Counted from the stretch's first letter, positions 18,083 through 29,142 are shown. The stretch is 64,000 nucleotides of DNA from Candidatus Woesearchaeota archaeon (GCA_046704725.1 JBJKRI010000005.1:128001-192000); one strand, 5' to 3'. Numbers and translations: made by a program. The notes: generated by a model from the sequence alone, not told the origin.

Positions 18083-19324
18083 ATGGCCAAAATCAGCCAA
18101 GCATCGGCAAAATACATCATCCACGCGAAAATCGACATAGACGGCGTCGTCGACCGCCCCGACGTGGTCGGCGCCATCTTCGGGCAGATCGAGGGGCTCC
18201 TCGGAGCGGACCTCGAACTGCGCGAGCTCCAACGCAGCGGCCGCATCGGCCGCATCGAGGTCAACGTCGACTCCAAGGGCGGCAAGACGAGCGGGACCAT
18301 CATGATCCCCAGCTCCTTGGACAAGGCGGAGACAGCGATCGTCGGCGGCGCGCTCGAGATCATCGAGCGCATCGGCCCGTGCAGCGCGAAGATCAACGTC
18401 ACGCGCATCGAGGACGAACGCATCGCCAAGCGACAGCAAGTCATCAACCGCGCCAAGCAACTGCTCAAGACACTGACGGACACGGAGCTTCCCGACAGCC
18501 AAGAACTCAGCACGGAAGTCAGCGACTCGGTCAAGATGAGCGACATCAAGGCGTACGGCAAGGACAAGCTCGCCTGCGGCCCGGACATCGCCACCAGCGA
18601 AGAGATCATCTTCGTGGAAGGGCGCGCCGACGTCGTGAACCTGCTCCGTCATGGCTTCAAGAACGCGATCGCCGTGAACGGCACGAGCGCTCCCGAGACC
18701 GCGCGAAAGCTCAGCAAGGAGAAGACCGTTACATTGTTCACCGACGGGGACCGAGGAGGAGACCTCATCATCAAGGAACTCATGTCCGTGTGCAAGCTCG
18801 ACTACATTACCAAGGCCCCCGACGGAAAAGAGGTCGAGGAGCTGCAGAAAAAAGAGATCCACCAGGCGCTGCGCAGCCGCGTGCCCTCAAAGGACTGGGG
18901 CAAGCGCGGACGCGCCAAGACGAGCCGGCGCGAATCGAAGACGAGCACGCGCAAGGACAGCCGCTCGCGCTCGAGCCGCTCAAGGAATGACTCGCGCGAC
19001 TCTCGCGGACGCTCCCCGAAGAAGAGCTCCCCGACACTGACCGCGGACGACAAGAAGCGCTTCTCCAAGCTCCAGAAAGAGCTCGAAGGCAGCAAGGACG
19101 CCTACGTGCTCGACAAGAAAGGAGAAGTCCTCGGAAAGGTTCCCGTCAAGGAACTGCCGGGGATACTGCCTAACCTCGACAACGTCAGCGCGGTCATCTG
19201 CGACGGCGAGGTCGACAAGGACGCTGCCGCCGCCATAGACAAGGCGCGCGTGAAGTGCGTCGTGGTCAACGAGGAGGCGCCCAAGATGCGCGTCGCCACC
19301 GTGACCGCAGAGGAACTCCAGTAG
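18083..19324 (+). CDS. dnaG: Archaeal DnaG-type primase / exosome-associated protein
   Basis: GVVDRPDVVGAIFGQ.EGLLG..L.LRELQ.SGRIGRI, TOPRIM VEGRADV, DGDRGG, APDGKEVEEL. Confidence 0.96.
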   Translation: MAKISQASAKYIIHAKIDIDGVVDRPDVVGAIFGQIEGLLGADLELRELQRSGRIGRIEVNVDSKGGKTSGTIMIPSSLDKAETAIVGGALEIIERIGPCSAKINVTRIEDERIAKRQQVINRAKQLLKTLTDTELPDSQELSTEVSDSVKMSDIKAYGKDKLACGPDIATSEEIIFVEGRADVVNLLRHGFKNAIAVNGTSAPETARKLSKEKTVTLFTDGDRGGDLIIKELMSVCKLDYITKAPDGKEVEELQKKEIHQALRSRVPSKDWGKRGRAKTSRRESKTSTRKDSRSRSSRSRNDSRDSRGRSPKKSSPTLTADDKKRFSKLQKELEGSKDAYVLDKKGEVLGKVPVKELPGILPNLDNVSAVICDGEVDKDAAAAIDKARVKCVVVNEEAPKMRVATVTAEELQ

Positions 19325-19332
19325 GAATCCCC

Positions 19333-19809
19333 ATGGCAGTCGCGGTCGCAGATATCCGTGAACGCTTGGACGCACTGCACCGGAAACCAGGAATAGACAT
19401 CGCTGAAGAGGCGAAATTCGCGGATCGGCGAATCGAAAATGCGACGTGGGCTCCCCCGCTCACCTCGTGCTTCACGTATGCGCTGCGCCAAGAAAGACAG
19501 ATTAATCCAAGACACGCACTTGCGCTCATGCGAATCGCGCAATGGACGGACACGCCGCGGCCGAGCGATCTCGCCTGGTATGTGCGGGGCGGCGAACCGA
19601 AGCACCTCGGCGTCTATGTCGGCGAAGAGATGGTTCGATCAAAGTGGGGAGAAGGGCCTGCCCTGCGCCATCCACCGCTGTCGGTTCCCTCGCGTTACGG
19701 CGAGCTTCGTTACTCGCGCCCGTTGAAACAAGAGGATGTGGATGCGGTGATCGCTGCGTTCGACGCACAAGACCTGCGCGCATGCATGGGGGGCGCTTTT
19801 GGCAATTAA
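19333..19809 (+). CDS. Hypothetical protein, possible Cys-His papain-like fold
   Basis: SCFTYAL ... HLGVY ... VRSKWG.GP...H....VP..YG. Confidence 0.6.
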   Translation: MAVAVADIRERLDALHRKPGIDIAEEAKFADRRIENATWAPPLTSCFTYALRQERQINPRHALALMRIAQWTDTPRPSDLAWYVRGGEPKHLGVYVGEEMVRSKWGEGPALRHPPLSVPSRYGELRYSRPLKQEDVDAVIAAFDAQDLRACMGGAFGN

Positions 19810-20476
19810 CCCGTCGCGGGAGGAGTGGAAGATCCGGAAAGGAGTCTTCGACGCCTTCACGCTGCGGGTGCTGGAAAAACTGCGCGGACAAGGGCACTTC
19901 GAGGATATCAAGAGCCCGGTCGCTCTGGGAAAAGAGGCGAACGTCTTCACCGCCGTCGCTGAAGAGCCGACCATCATCAAGATCTACCGCTTGGAGAACC
20001 GCGATTTCACGCGTATGCTCGAGTACCTGCGCGCGGACCCGCGATACATGCACGTGAAGCGGAGAAAGCGCGACATCGTCTTCGCCTGGACGCAACGGGA
20101 GTACCGCAACCTCTTGCTGGCGAGAGAAGCCATACCCGTGCCCAAACCCATCGCTTTTTCCAAGAACGTGCTGCTCATGTCGCAGGTCGGCAAGATTCCA
20201 GCGCCCAAGCTCAAGGACGCGAAGCTCGACGACCCCGACGCGTTCTTCTCATTGGTCGTGGAGCGCATGCACGCCTTGAAGAGGCGCGGATTGGTGCACG
20301 GCGACCTATCGGACTTCAATATCCTCGTGGACGACCAGCAGCCGATATTCATCGACTTCTCGCAAGCGAGCCCTGTGAGCTCGCCGCACGCGCAAGAGAT
20401 GTGGGAGCGCGACGTCAAGAACATCACGACCGCAGCCAATCGCTTCGGCGTGACGCTCGAACTCGGCCCCTTCTGA
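19799..20476 (+). CDS. rio1: RIO1-family Ser/Thr kinase
   Basis: GKEANVF, IKIYR, W...EYRNL, LVHGDLS.FNIL, IDFSQ, RDV.N. Confidence 0.94.
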   Translation: MAINPSREEWKIRKGVFDAFTLRVLEKLRGQGHFEDIKSPVALGKEANVFTAVAEEPTIIKIYRLENRDFTRMLEYLRADPRYMHVKRRKRDIVFAWTQREYRNLLLAREAIPVPKPIAFSKNVLLMSQVGKIPAPKLKDAKLDDPDAFFSLVVERMHALKRRGLVHGDLSDFNILVDDQQPIFIDFSQASPVSSPHAQEMWERDVKNITTAANRFGVTLELGPF

Positions 20477-20518
20477 ACCCCGCCCAAGCTTTATAAGGCG
20501 CAGGCTATTCGCCAAGCC

Positions 20519-21073
20519 ATGTTCTCCTACGAGGTCAGGGTCCCCAAAGAGCGCGTCGCGGTCGTCATCGGCCATAACGGCGAGTCCAAGCGCGCCTTGG
20601 AGGAAGCGACGAAGACGCGTATCGAGGTGGACAGCCAGGAAGGCCTGGTCACGGTGTCGGGAGAAGAAGCGGTCTTGCTATACACCGCGCAGCAGGTCAT
20701 CAAGGCCATAGGCCGCGGATTCAATCCTGACGTGGCGATGCGATTGCTCAAGCAGGACTGGGCCTTCGAGCTCATCGACCTGTCCGACTACAGCACGCAC
20801 AAGAACCATCAGCTGCGCATGAAAGGACGCGTCATCGGACAAGGAGGGAAAGCGCGGCGCATCATCGAGGACCTGGCAGAGGCGAGCGTCTCGGTCTACG
20901 GCAAGACAATAGCGATCATCGCGCCCATCGAGACGATGGGCATGGCCAAGAACGCCGTCGAATCATTGCTCGAAGGAGCCAAGCACAGCACAGTGTACAA
21001 GGCATTGGAGCGGAAGCGCAGGGAACTGCGATTCGCACGCGCGACGGGAACGAATCCCGAGCGAAGCGGGTAA
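20519..21073 (+). CDS. KH-domain pre-rRNA processing protein (Dim2/Pno1)
   Basis: ER..V.IG..G, AIGRGF.P, KGRVIG.GGK.R, G.KH..VY..LE; adjacent to rio1. Confidence 0.93.
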   Translation: MFSYEVRVPKERVAVVIGHNGESKRALEEATKTRIEVDSQEGLVTVSGEEAVLLYTAQQVIKAIGRGFNPDVAMRLLKQDWAFELIDLSDYSTHKNHQLRMKGRVIGQGGKARRIIEDLAEASVSVYGKTIAIIAPIETMGMAKNAVESLLEGAKHSTVYKALERKRRELRFARATGTNPERSG

Positions 21074-21105
21074 ACGCTTTTTAAGGACCGGTCCTTGCGC
21101 AACAC

Positions 21106-21960
21106 GTGGCGCAGATACAGGTCTTCTACATCATCGGCGTGGGGGTCGCGACGATCGTCCTCGCGCAGCTCGCGAACTGGCTCATGAAGCGCAGCTTCAA
21201 GCGCATCGACAAGGAAGCGAAGAAATTGTCCATGCTCAAGCTCGAGCCGTACGCGGAGCGCGCGACGCGTTTCGCAGTGGTGCGAAGACTGATCGTGGCC
21301 GCCATCGGTGTGGTCGGCCTCGGATTCATCGTGCTCTCGCTGCCGGGAGCGCAGAACATCGCCTACAGCCTCTTGGCAGGGGCGGGCGTGGCAGCGATCA
21401 TCGTGGGCCTTGCCGTCCAGAAGAGCTTCGCGAACGTGTTCGCCGGAGTGATGATCGCGTTCTCGCAACCGTTCCGGATCGGCGACAACGTGAACTTCCG
21501 CGGGGATTTCTGCACCGTCGAGGATATCGGACTGGCCTACACGACGATGCGTATCTGGACGAACGAACGAATCGTCATACCGAACAGCGTGCTCTCCGAA
21601 GAGGTCATCCACAACTACTCGTTGCACGATACAAAAATGTTCGGGGTGCTCTACATGAACGTCGCGTACGACACCAACCTCAAGAAAGCGCGCGAGATAC
21701 TGCTCGAAGAGGTGCGAAAGCACCCGAACTTCCTCGACGCGCGAACCAGCAAAGAGAAGGGCGCTGGCGCGCCGGACGCGGAGGTGCTCATGACCGACCT
21801 CAAAGATTCATCAGTGGAACTGCGCGCGCAGTTCTGGGCGGCGAACCAAGGGAATCTCTGGCGCATGCAACAGGACGTGCGAGAAGCGGTCTTCGAGCGG
21901 TTCAAGAAAGCAGGGATCACCGTGCCGTACCCGCAACGCGACGTACACGTCAAGCGTTAG
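21106..21960 (+). CDS. mscS: MscS mechanosensitive channel
   Basis: GLA.Q...AN..AG, PFRIGD, IPNS, V.YDT, GI..PYPQR. Confidence 0.92.
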   Translation: MAQIQVFYIIGVGVATIVLAQLANWLMKRSFKRIDKEAKKLSMLKLEPYAERATRFAVVRRLIVAAIGVVGLGFIVLSLPGAQNIAYSLLAGAGVAAIIVGLAVQKSFANVFAGVMIAFSQPFRIGDNVNFRGDFCTVEDIGLAYTTMRIWTNERIVIPNSVLSEEVIHNYSLHDTKMFGVLYMNVAYDTNLKKAREILLEEVRKHPNFLDARTSKEKGAGAPDAEVLMTDLKDSSVELRAQFWAANQGNLWRMQQDVREAVFERFKKAGITVPYPQRDVHVKR

Positions 21961-22652
21961 AACCGATTGCTGTCGATAGTCTCTCCCTGCTCCCAGTGCA
22001 TCTGGTGCAAGAAACCGTCCTTCGCTTGTCCGAGCGCGTAGTCCAGCGCCTGCACCATCTTTTTCGTGAACGGAGCGAGCACGTACGCCTTGGCCAGGCG
22101 GGTGACCGGGAAGCGCGGGGCGCTCACAGGAGCCTCTTCTTGCTGTATGCGGACCGCCCATTGCCCCGCGACGTGGAAGTCGGACGCGGAGGGAAGCGTG
22201 CCGAGCGTGTACAGCAAGTCGATGAGGCTCTTGTTCCCTCGTACGAGCGGCTCGGTCTTCTCTTTGGAGGGAAAGCCCATCGCCTCCTGGATGCCCTGGT
22301 GCATGTAGACGTCTTGCTGATCGCTGCCGCGTAGGCGTCGCTTGAACCAAGGATGCGGTGACCGCACCACTCTCACCTCAGACAGTCCGGAACCGAGGTC
22401 GTAGGACGACTCCACCGAACTCACCGGCCAGGTGCTCTGGATGACTGCCGCAGCGAAGGCCTGCGCGCTCTCTTGGAGAGACTCCATTCCTATTGCGATG
22501 GTGTGCGGCTCTTCGTTGAGGCGGAACCACATGCCATACCTGCTCGGATAGTCTGTCGCCGTGAAATGCGCGTATTCGGGCCCGGAGTGCCTCCATAACT
22601 CCCGCATAAGCGCTGGAAGGTTCGGTGGCGTTGTCCTCAATTCGACGTGCAT
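21957..22652 (-). CDS. Hypothetical orphan protein
   Basis: 231-aa ORF, AAATAT box upstream, stop overlaps mscS. Confidence 0.6.
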   Translation of the reverse strand: MHVELRTTPPNLPALMRELWRHSGPEYAHFTATDYPSRYGMWFRLNEEPHTIAIGMESLQESAQAFAAAVIQSTWPVSSVESSYDLGSGLSEVRVVRSPHPWFKRRLRGSDQQDVYMHQGIQEAMGFPSKEKTEPLVRGNKSLIDLLYTLGTLPSASDFHVAGQWAVRIQQEEAPVSAPRFPVTRLAKAYVLAPFTKKMVQALDYALGQAKDGFLHQMHWEQGETIDSNRF

Positions 22653-22678
22653 GGCCCTGGCACGACTAAGCCATATTT

Positions 22679-23092
22679 CTACCTTGCGGGACCAAGGTGG
22701 AACGCCCGCTCCCCACCGAACTGTCTCAGCCGCAACGTCGAGTACTCACTTCCGATTTCGGGGGGCTGATAGGCGCCCATCCCCTGCACGATAAGCGCGT
22801 GCGGATTGTCCGATCGGAGATATTCTGCAACGTCAACGAACACTCCGGGCGACGATGGGGTCCAATCCCGACCGGCGAATCCGTGATACACATCGATGCG
22901 CAGGAGCTTTCCGCCCATCGGAAGCCGCACAGAAACTCTGAAGGACAGTGGCTCGGTAAAGCCCGCCTGGACGCGCGCCATCGCGCCGATGTTCGTGCCT
23001 CGACCACCGGGGAGACCCAGTCCGTTCCCGCGCGGGACGACGAGGACCTTATTCTCCTGGATGATGCATGCTAGCGACTCGTCGGCTTCCAT
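22679..23092 (-). CDS. Hypothetical protein
   Basis: 137-aa ORF; N-terminus loosely NUDIX-like (KVLVV.R...GLPGG) without a Nudix box. Confidence 0.5.
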   Translation of the reverse strand: MEADESLACIIQENKVLVVPRGNGLGLPGGRGTNIGAMARVQAGFTEPLSFRVSVRLPMGGKLLRIDVYHGFAGRDWTPSSPGVFVDVAEYLRSDNPHALIVQGMGAYQPPEIGSEYSTLRLRQFGGERAFHLGPAR

Positions 23093-23169
23093 ACGGACGG
23101 AAGCTTCGGTCCGTTCAAGAAGCTGCCGGTCGCGATACCCTTAAAAAACCCGGTTTTCCCTCAGTCGGT

Positions 23170-24819
23170 GTGGCGACAGCGGAGGAACTGGCGAAGAAGC
23201 AACGCGAGATCAGCATCGCGGAGTTCTTCGAGAAGAACCGCCACTTATTGGGTTTCGATAACAAGCGGAAAGCGTTGCTGACCACGGTCAAGGAGGCCGT
23301 GGACAACGCCCTGGACGCGTGCGAGGAGGCGGGCATCCTGCCCGACCTCGAGGTCGAGCTCATCGACATGGGAAGCGACCGCTACCGCATCATCGTCGAG
23401 GACAACGGACCGGGCATCGTGCGCGCCCAGATACCCAAGATCTTCGCCAAGCTCTTGTACGGCAGCAAGTTTCACAAGCTCGCGCAGAGCCGTGGACAGC
23501 AGGGCATCGGCATATCGGCCTCGGTCATGTACGGGCAGCTCACGACGGGACGCGCGGCCAAGATCACGAGCAAGACAGAGAAAGAGAAACCGGCGCACTA
23601 CTTCGAGCTGCGCATCGACACGAGAAAGAACGAAGCGGAGATCGTGGCCGACGACATCAAGGAGTGGAGCAAGGAGCACGGAACGCGCATCGAGATAGAC
23701 CTGGAAGGACAGTACGCGAAGGGCGGGCAGAGCGTGGACGAGTACCTCAAGCAGACCGCGATCGTGAACCCCCACCTGCAATTGGTGTACGTGAACGCGC
23801 GCGGAGAGCAATACCTGTTCCCGCGAGCAACGAAGCAATTGCCCGAGGAGCCCGCCGAGATTCAGCCGCACCCCTACGGCATCGAGCTGGGCATGCTCTT
23901 GAAGATGCTGCAGCAGACCAAGCAACGCACGGTATTGGCGTTCCTGCGCGGGGAGTTCAGCAGGGTCTCGAACAGCGTGGCCAACGAGATCCTCGAGAAA
24001 GCCAAGATACCTCCCAAGACCAAGCCCGGCGCGCTGAGCAGGCAGCAGGGCGAGGACGTCATGAAGGCTATCCGGGACACGAAGATCATGGCCCCACCAA
24101 CGGACTGTATCAGCCCCATCGGGGAGGAACTATTGCTGAAAGGCCTCAAGAAGGAGATCAATGCCGAGTTCTACACGAGCGTCACGCGAAAGCCGGCGGT
24201 GTACCGCGGCAACCCGTTCGTCATCGAATGCGGCATCGCGTACGGCGGCAACCTCAAGGCGGACGGGAGCATCGACCTGCTGCGCTTCGCGAACAAAGTG
24301 CCCTTGCTCTACCAGCAAGGGGCATGCGCGGTCACAAAAGCCGTGTCCGAGACGAACTGGAAATCCTACGGCCTCGAGCAGAGCGGCAACAACCTGCCGC
24401 GCGGGCCCGCGGTGATCCTCGTGCACATGGCATCCGTGTGGGTGCCGTTCACTTCCGAAGCGAAAGAGGCTATCGCTCACTACGACGACATCATCAAGGA
24501 GATCAAGCTCGCCGTGCAAGAAGCGGGCAGGAAGCTGCAGGCCTACACCAAGAAGAAGCACCGCGTGCACCAGGAGCTCAAGAAGCGCTCGTACATCGAG
24601 AAATACATCCCGCACCTCGCACAAGGCGTGACCGACATCCTTGGACTCGATGTGGCGGACGAGGAGGCGCTCGAGCAAGAGCTCGTCGCATTGCTGGAGA
24701 AGCACCGCGGAAAGCTCGCCGACGTCGAGTTCGACGCGGGAAAGAACACGGAGTACGACGAGAGCTTCGCCAAGATCGGCAAGGAAGAGCCCGTGGAGGT
24801 GACCGATGGCGAAGAGTGA
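23170..24819 (+). CDS. top6B: DNA topoisomerase VI subunit B
   Basis: [56 protein letters not shown]. Confidence 0.97.
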   Translation: MATAEELAKKQREISIAEFFEKNRHLLGFDNKRKALLTTVKEAVDNALDACEEAGILPDLEVELIDMGSDRYRIIVEDNGPGIVRAQIPKIFAKLLYGSKFHKLAQSRGQQGIGISASVMYGQLTTGRAAKITSKTEKEKPAHYFELRIDTRKNEAEIVADDIKEWSKEHGTRIEIDLEGQYAKGGQSVDEYLKQTAIVNPHLQLVYVNARGEQYLFPRATKQLPEEPAEIQPHPYGIELGMLLKMLQQTKQRTVLAFLRGEFSRVSNSVANEILEKAKIPPKTKPGALSRQQGEDVMKAIRDTKIMAPPTDCISPIGEELLLKGLKKEINAEFYTSVTRKPAVYRGNPFVIECGIAYGGNLKADGSIDLLRFANKVPLLYQQGACAVTKAVSETNWKSYGLEQSGNNLPRGPAVILVHMASVWVPFTSEAKEAIAHYDDIIKEIKLAVQEAGRKLQAYTKKKHRVHQELKKRSYIEKYIPHLAQGVTDILGLDVADEEALEQELVALLEKHRGKLADVEFDAGKNTEYDESFAKIGKEEPVEVTDGEE

Positions 24820-25906
24820 GGCTGCGAAGGACGTGGTCAAGAAGATACAGGCCGTCGCGCTCAACATCAAGCAGCAGGCCGAGAAGAAAAAAGCGCCGGT
24901 CATGCGCACGCCCGTGCGATCGCTCTCCAACGTCAACTACGATACCAAGGCGGGCTATTTCATGCTCGGGAAGAACGTGAAGGAACGGCGCCTCAACGCG
25001 AACAGCGTCAAGACCTTCGCGCAGACCATGCTGTTGCTCAACGAGGCCAAGAAGGTCGTCGAGACAGATGACATCATGACGAAAAGGGAGGCCTACTACG
25101 TCTCGAAGAACTGGGGAGACGCCAAGTTCAACGAGCAGCCCGAATCCGACACCGTCATGGACGACATCGAGGCCATGCTGCGCGTGCAGCGCGAGCAGCT
25201 CGGTTTCGTGCCGGAGGAGGACGGCGGGGCGTGCGCGGGAAAGCTCGTCATCATCGACCACGACCCGGACACGGGAGAGGAGATCCGCGTGGACTGCAGC
25301 AAGATGGGTTCGGGAGCGTACAACATCCCGTCCGACGTCGAGCAATTGACATTCGAGACGAAGGCCAAGTTCATCCTCGCCATCGAGACGGCGGGCATGT
25401 TCCAGCGATTGGTCAAGCACAAGTATTACGACAAGGCGAGCTGCATACTCGTGAGCATGAAAGGCGTTCCTTCACGCGCGACACGGCGCTTCATCCGGCG
25501 GTTGTCGGACGCGTACAAGCTGCCCGTCTACGTCTTCACGGACGGCGACCCGTACGGGCACATGAACATCTACCGCACGCTGAAAGTCGGCTCCGGGAAC
25601 GCGGCGCACATCAACGAGTTCTTCTGCGTGCCCAACGCGCACTATCTCGGGGTCACGCCGCAGGACATCGAGGACTACGACCTGCCCACGCACAAACTGA
25701 CGGACACGGACGTGAAGCGCGCCAAGGACGCGCTCAAGAACGACCCATTCGTCAAGCAGCACAAGGAGTGGGAGAACGCCATCAAGCAACAGATCAAACT
25801 GGGCGTGCGTGCGGAACAGCAAGCATTGGCCAAGCATGGATTGAACTACGTGATGGAGAAGTACTTGCCGGACAAGATCGCCCATCCCGAGAAGTTCCTG
25901 CCCTGA
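24806..25906 (+). CDS. top6A: DNA topoisomerase VI subunit A
   Basis: TKREAYY catalytic Tyr, F.EQ.ESD, IET, KGVP.RATR, DGDPYG, EQQAL. Confidence 0.97.
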   Translation: MAKSEAAKDVVKKIQAVALNIKQQAEKKKAPVMRTPVRSLSNVNYDTKAGYFMLGKNVKERRLNANSVKTFAQTMLLLNEAKKVVETDDIMTKREAYYVSKNWGDAKFNEQPESDTVMDDIEAMLRVQREQLGFVPEEDGGACAGKLVIIDHDPDTGEEIRVDCSKMGSGAYNIPSDVEQLTFETKAKFILAIETAGMFQRLVKHKYYDKASCILVSMKGVPSRATRRFIRRLSDAYKLPVYVFTDGDPYGHMNIYRTLKVGSGNAAHINEFFCVPNAHYLGVTPQDIEDYDLPTHKLTDTDVKRAKDALKNDPFVKQHKEWENAIKQQIKLGVRAEQQALAKHGLNYVMEKYLPDKIAHPEKFLP

Positions 25907-25922
25907 AGAGGCCGGCTCGCAG

Positions 25923-27086
25923 CTATTGCTCCTGCATCCAGGGAATCATCTGGGGCAGATCGCCGATTCGCCGGGGGAGATGATCGATGAGGTTGTACGG
26001 GTTATTGTCTTCGCTCGAGAGCGCCTGCTGCCGCACCGCTTTGATGATCTCCCGTTTCCGCCTGACGTTGGGGAAGCTGTGCGAGAGTGTATGCAGCAGC
26101 CGACCGAAGTCGTCATCGAGGGTCTTCGGATTGTCGGTCCAGAAATAGAAGTCAGGATCGATGTCCACCATAGTGGCGGTGTCGCTCTTCCTCGTCTTCT
26201 GCCAACAATAGTGCGCTACTTGCCGGTCGTAGGCTCCGAACAGCCCCACAGAGTGGAGCTGCCCCGCATATCCCCCGATCACTTCCGGTTTCAACGGTCT
26301 GTCCTTCGCGCTGTCCAGGAACGCTCGGAGGAAGTAGATATCGCCATTCTCCGTATCAGCCTCGATTCCGAGCATTCGTGGTGTGATGCGTTCGAGCTGG
26401 TCGTCCTTGTACAGCTGTTCGAGCGCCCCGTGCAAATACGGCTCTGGGATGATGAGCGCGCCCGTGTGCGGCTGACCGAGGATGAGATTCCGCAAATCGT
26501 GACCTGCGCCTCTGTCGAAAGTGTTCAGCCACCTGTAGTTCGCGGCTGAGTTGAACTGCTTTCTTGCGGCTTCTTTCCGCGTGGGATTGCCCCATGTTCG
26601 TGCGGCCCGCATGATGACCACCGGGCCGGATTGGTCTTCGAGATAGAGGATGTTCGGCAGACGGAAACGCGGCTGCTGCATCCGCGGATTCGGATGATTC
26701 CGGTATTCAAGGTCGTTACGCGGCGTGACTGTGAGCTCGCGCGGTCCGCTGTGCGTCTCCAGCACTGCAGTGATCACGGGGAGAGTATCATGCCAAATGC
26801 CTAGCAGCTCCTCTTCCTTGTCGTCTCGTGGCGCGAGCCATTCCCTATTCGCGCGGTCGCCTCCGCGCCTCTTGATTTCCACCGTGGCCTGATTGTGCTT
26901 GATGACCTCTTCAAGGCCTTTGTACACTGTCTTGAATGCTTCTTTGGCAGAGATCTGCACCGCTCCGGTATACTCGGTCCTTCCGTGCGATGTGCGACGT
27001 GTCGCTTGGCCTTCGAAGAACCGGATATCTACAACATCGTGCATGAGTTGCTCAGAAGTGAGGATTCCGTTCGGGCATTCACTCAT
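25923..27086 (-). CDS. Hypothetical protein, possible divergent kinase fold
   Basis: 387-aa ORF; TTTATATA box upstream; C-terminal PRMLG..YFL, G.LHS.G...DR, VDID. Confidence 0.65.
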   Translation of the reverse strand: MSECPNGILTSEQLMHDVVDIRFFEGQATRRTSHGRTEYTGAVQISAKEAFKTVYKGLEEVIKHNQATVEIKRRGGDRANREWLAPRDDKEEELLGIWHDTLPVITAVLETHSGPRELTVTPRNDLEYRNHPNPRMQQPRFRLPNILYLEDQSGPVVIMRAARTWGNPTRKEAARKQFNSAANYRWLNTFDRGAGHDLRNLILGQPHTGALIIPEPYLHGALEQLYKDDQLERITPRMLGIEADTENGDIYFLRAFLDSAKDRPLKPEVIGGYAGQLHSVGLFGAYDRQVAHYCWQKTRKSDTATMVDIDPDFYFWTDNPKTLDDDFGRLLHTLSHSFPNVRRKREIIKAVRQQALSSEDNNPYNLIDHLPRRIGDLPQMIPWMQEQ

Positions 27087-27162
27087 GGTGCTTTGAAGGC
27101 GAGATTGGTATATAAACCTTTCCGATTTAATCACTTTATAGTGGTACAGTAATTCAATGGCC

Positions 27163-27627
27163 TCACGCCCGGACGTCCACGATTTCGGCCGATTCGCGGT
27201 ATTGTGTAATCGCCTCTGGAGCGTACTCCAGCCCGTACTGGAGGTCTCCGGAACCCGTGTTGATTTTCTGAAGCTCCATCACGCTCGGGTCCACGAAAAG
27301 GGGCCCGGGGACCGTGAGCGGGCAGCATTCGCCGGGCTCCCAGCCCAATCCCCGCATCTCGTCGGGATGCAGGGGGGAGACGGCGGAATCAACAAGGGCG
27401 CGGACCTTCTTGTAGCTCACGCGGTCCTTTCCGCGCACGGCGACAGCGAAAGGGGTGCCATCCGATTTGCGCTTGAACAATATGGTCTTGACTATCCCTT
27501 CAGGGTCGACATCTACCTTGTCGAGCACGTCGCGGGTGCGGACAGCGGGCCCGCCGAGGTCGATGACGCGATAGGCGATGCCCAGGGCTTCCAGGCGCTC
27601 CACAGTGGCCTTCAGACGCTCGTTCAT
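27163..27627 (-). CDS. YbaK/ProX aminoacyl-tRNA deacylase family protein
   Basis: IVKTILFK, G..RVS.KKV, G.EPG...PL, ..DPSV, .N.GSG. Confidence 0.85.
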   Translation of the reverse strand: MNERLKATVERLEALGIAYRVIDLGGPAVRTRDVLDKVDVDPEGIVKTILFKRKSDGTPFAVAVRGKDRVSYKKVRALVDSAVSPLHPDEMRGLGWEPGECCPLTVPGPLFVDPSVMELQKINTGSGDLQYGLEYAPEAITQYRESAEIVDVRA

Positions 27628-27682
27628 GGTGTTTCCCGAGCGCAAAGATATTTAAAAACCACGGCGTCCTCCCCATCAATAA

Positions 27683-27755
27683 GTCCCCGTAGCTTAGCGG
27701 CTATAGCGGCCGGCTGTTAACCGGCAGGTCCCCAGTTCGAATCTGGGCGGGGACG
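27683..27755 (+). tRNA. tRNA-Asn (GTT)
   Basis: Acceptor GTCCCCG/CGGGGAC; anticodon arm GCCGG-CTGTTAA-CCGGC; T-loop TTCGAAT; TATTTAAA upstream. Confidence 0.96.
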
Positions 27756-27775
27756 TTCTTCATCCCTCGCGAGAG

Positions 27776-29062
27776 CTAGGGCGTATAGCGCAAAGGCGTC
27801 CGTGGGAAGGGGATCGCGTCCTTGATGGTGTCAAGGCCGCACACCCAGGCGATGACGCGCTCCATGCCCAGGCCGAAACCGCCGTGCGGCACGCTGCCGT
27901 ACTTTCGGGTATCCAGGTAGTAGCCGTAGTCCTTGGGGTCCTCGCCTTCTTCCTTGAGACGCTCGACGATGAGCTCGATATCCTCCTCGCGCTGGGAGCC
28001 GCCGATGACCTCACCGTAGCCCTCGGGGGCGATGAAGTCCACGCCGAGCACGACATCCGGATTGTCGGGGGCTTTTTTCATGTAGAAAGCCTTGACCTTG
28101 GTGGGATAGCGCGTCACGATGACGGGCGTGTCGTAGTGCGCGGACAGCTTGTCCTCCTCGACGGTGCGCAGGTCCTTGCCCCATTCCACTTTGAGACCGT
28201 CCTTGTCCTTGAGGAGCTTGAGGACGTCGTCGTAGGTCATGCGCGGGAACTTCTTGTCGACGGTCGGCCGCAGCTTCTCGGGATCGCGTTCCAGGACCGC
28301 GAGATCGTGCAGGTTGTCTTGCAGCACGCGCTCGACCATGCGCTTGAGCACGCCCTCGCCGTGGGCGATGACGGTGTCGAAATCCACCCAGGCCATCTCC
28401 ATCTCGGCCATCCAGAACTCGGTGAGGTGGCGCGAGGTCTTGGATTTCTCCGCCCGGAAGGTCGGCGCTATGGTATAGATGTTCTCGACCGAGAAGATGC
28501 CCGCCTCGGCGTAGAGCTGCCAGGTCTGCGACAAGAAGACCTCGTGCTCGAAGTACTTGACCGCGAACAACTCGGAGCCGCCCTCGGACTGCGTGGCCTG
28601 GAAGATCGGGCTGTGATACTCGTAGAAGCCTTTCTTGTCGAAGTACTCCCGAAACGCCGAGAAGCACGTGTGCCGGATCTTCAATATAGCGTTCATCTTG
28701 CGGCTGCGAAGCCACAAGTGCCTATTGTTGGCGAGATGCTCCGCGCTGAAGTCCTTGGTGATGGGGAAATCCACGGACGGACCGACAACGGTCAGCTCAG
28801 AGACGACGAGCTCGACGCCCGTCGGCGCGCGCTTCTCCTCGTGGAGCGTGCCGGTGACGGTGACCGCCGCCTCGACCTTGAGCTCTTGCGCATTGTCCCA
28901 GACCTGCTCTGGCACGTCGTCTTTCTTGATGACGCACTGCAGCACGTCATCGGTGTCACGGAGGACCAGGAAGCGCAGCTGATTCGAGCCCCGCTCCCGG
29001 TACACCCACCCCGAGACGGTGATCTCTCCTGTCTGTTGTTCAAGCGCTTTCCTGATGTGCAT
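27776..29062 (-). CDS. asnS: Asparagine--tRNA ligase
   Basis: OB-fold GWV...R...FL.LRD, RHLWLRS, LSQ..QLY.E, FRAEKSKTSRHLTEFW, EVIGGSQRE, GSVPH.GFGLG.ER. Confidence 0.9.
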   Translation of the reverse strand: MHIRKALEQQTGEITVSGWVYRERGSNQLRFLVLRDTDDVLQCVIKKDDVPEQVWDNAQELKVEAAVTVTGTLHEEKRAPTGVELVVSELTVVGPSVDFPITKDFSAEHLANNRHLWLRSRKMNAILKIRHTCFSAFREYFDKKGFYEYHSPIFQATQSEGGSELFAVKYFEHEVFLSQTWQLYAEAGIFSVENIYTIAPTFRAEKSKTSRHLTEFWMAEMEMAWVDFDTVIAHGEGVLKRMVERVLQDNLHDLAVLERDPEKLRPTVDKKFPRMTYDDVLKLLKDKDGLKVEWGKDLRTVEEDKLSAHYDTPVIVTRYPTKVKAFYMKKAPDNPDVVLGVDFIAPEGYGEVIGGSQREEDIELIVERLKEEGEDPKDYGYYLDTRKYGSVPHGGFGLGMERVIAWVCGLDTIKDAIPFPRTPLRYTP

Positions 29063-29142
29063 GGTCCTTGTATCCCTCCTTGTTCTTTTATTCCTTTGCG
29101 CCGTCGCACCGCTATAATTGCATATGTGGGGGCGGCGACGCC

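Noticed and set aside
18900-19040. Arg/Ser-rich low-complexity repeat inside dnaG
   Set aside because: In-frame variable linker between DnaG domains, not an insertion element or intein.
22679-23092. NUDIX hydrolase call
   Set aside because: Has LPGG but lacks the EX7REUXEE Nudix box.
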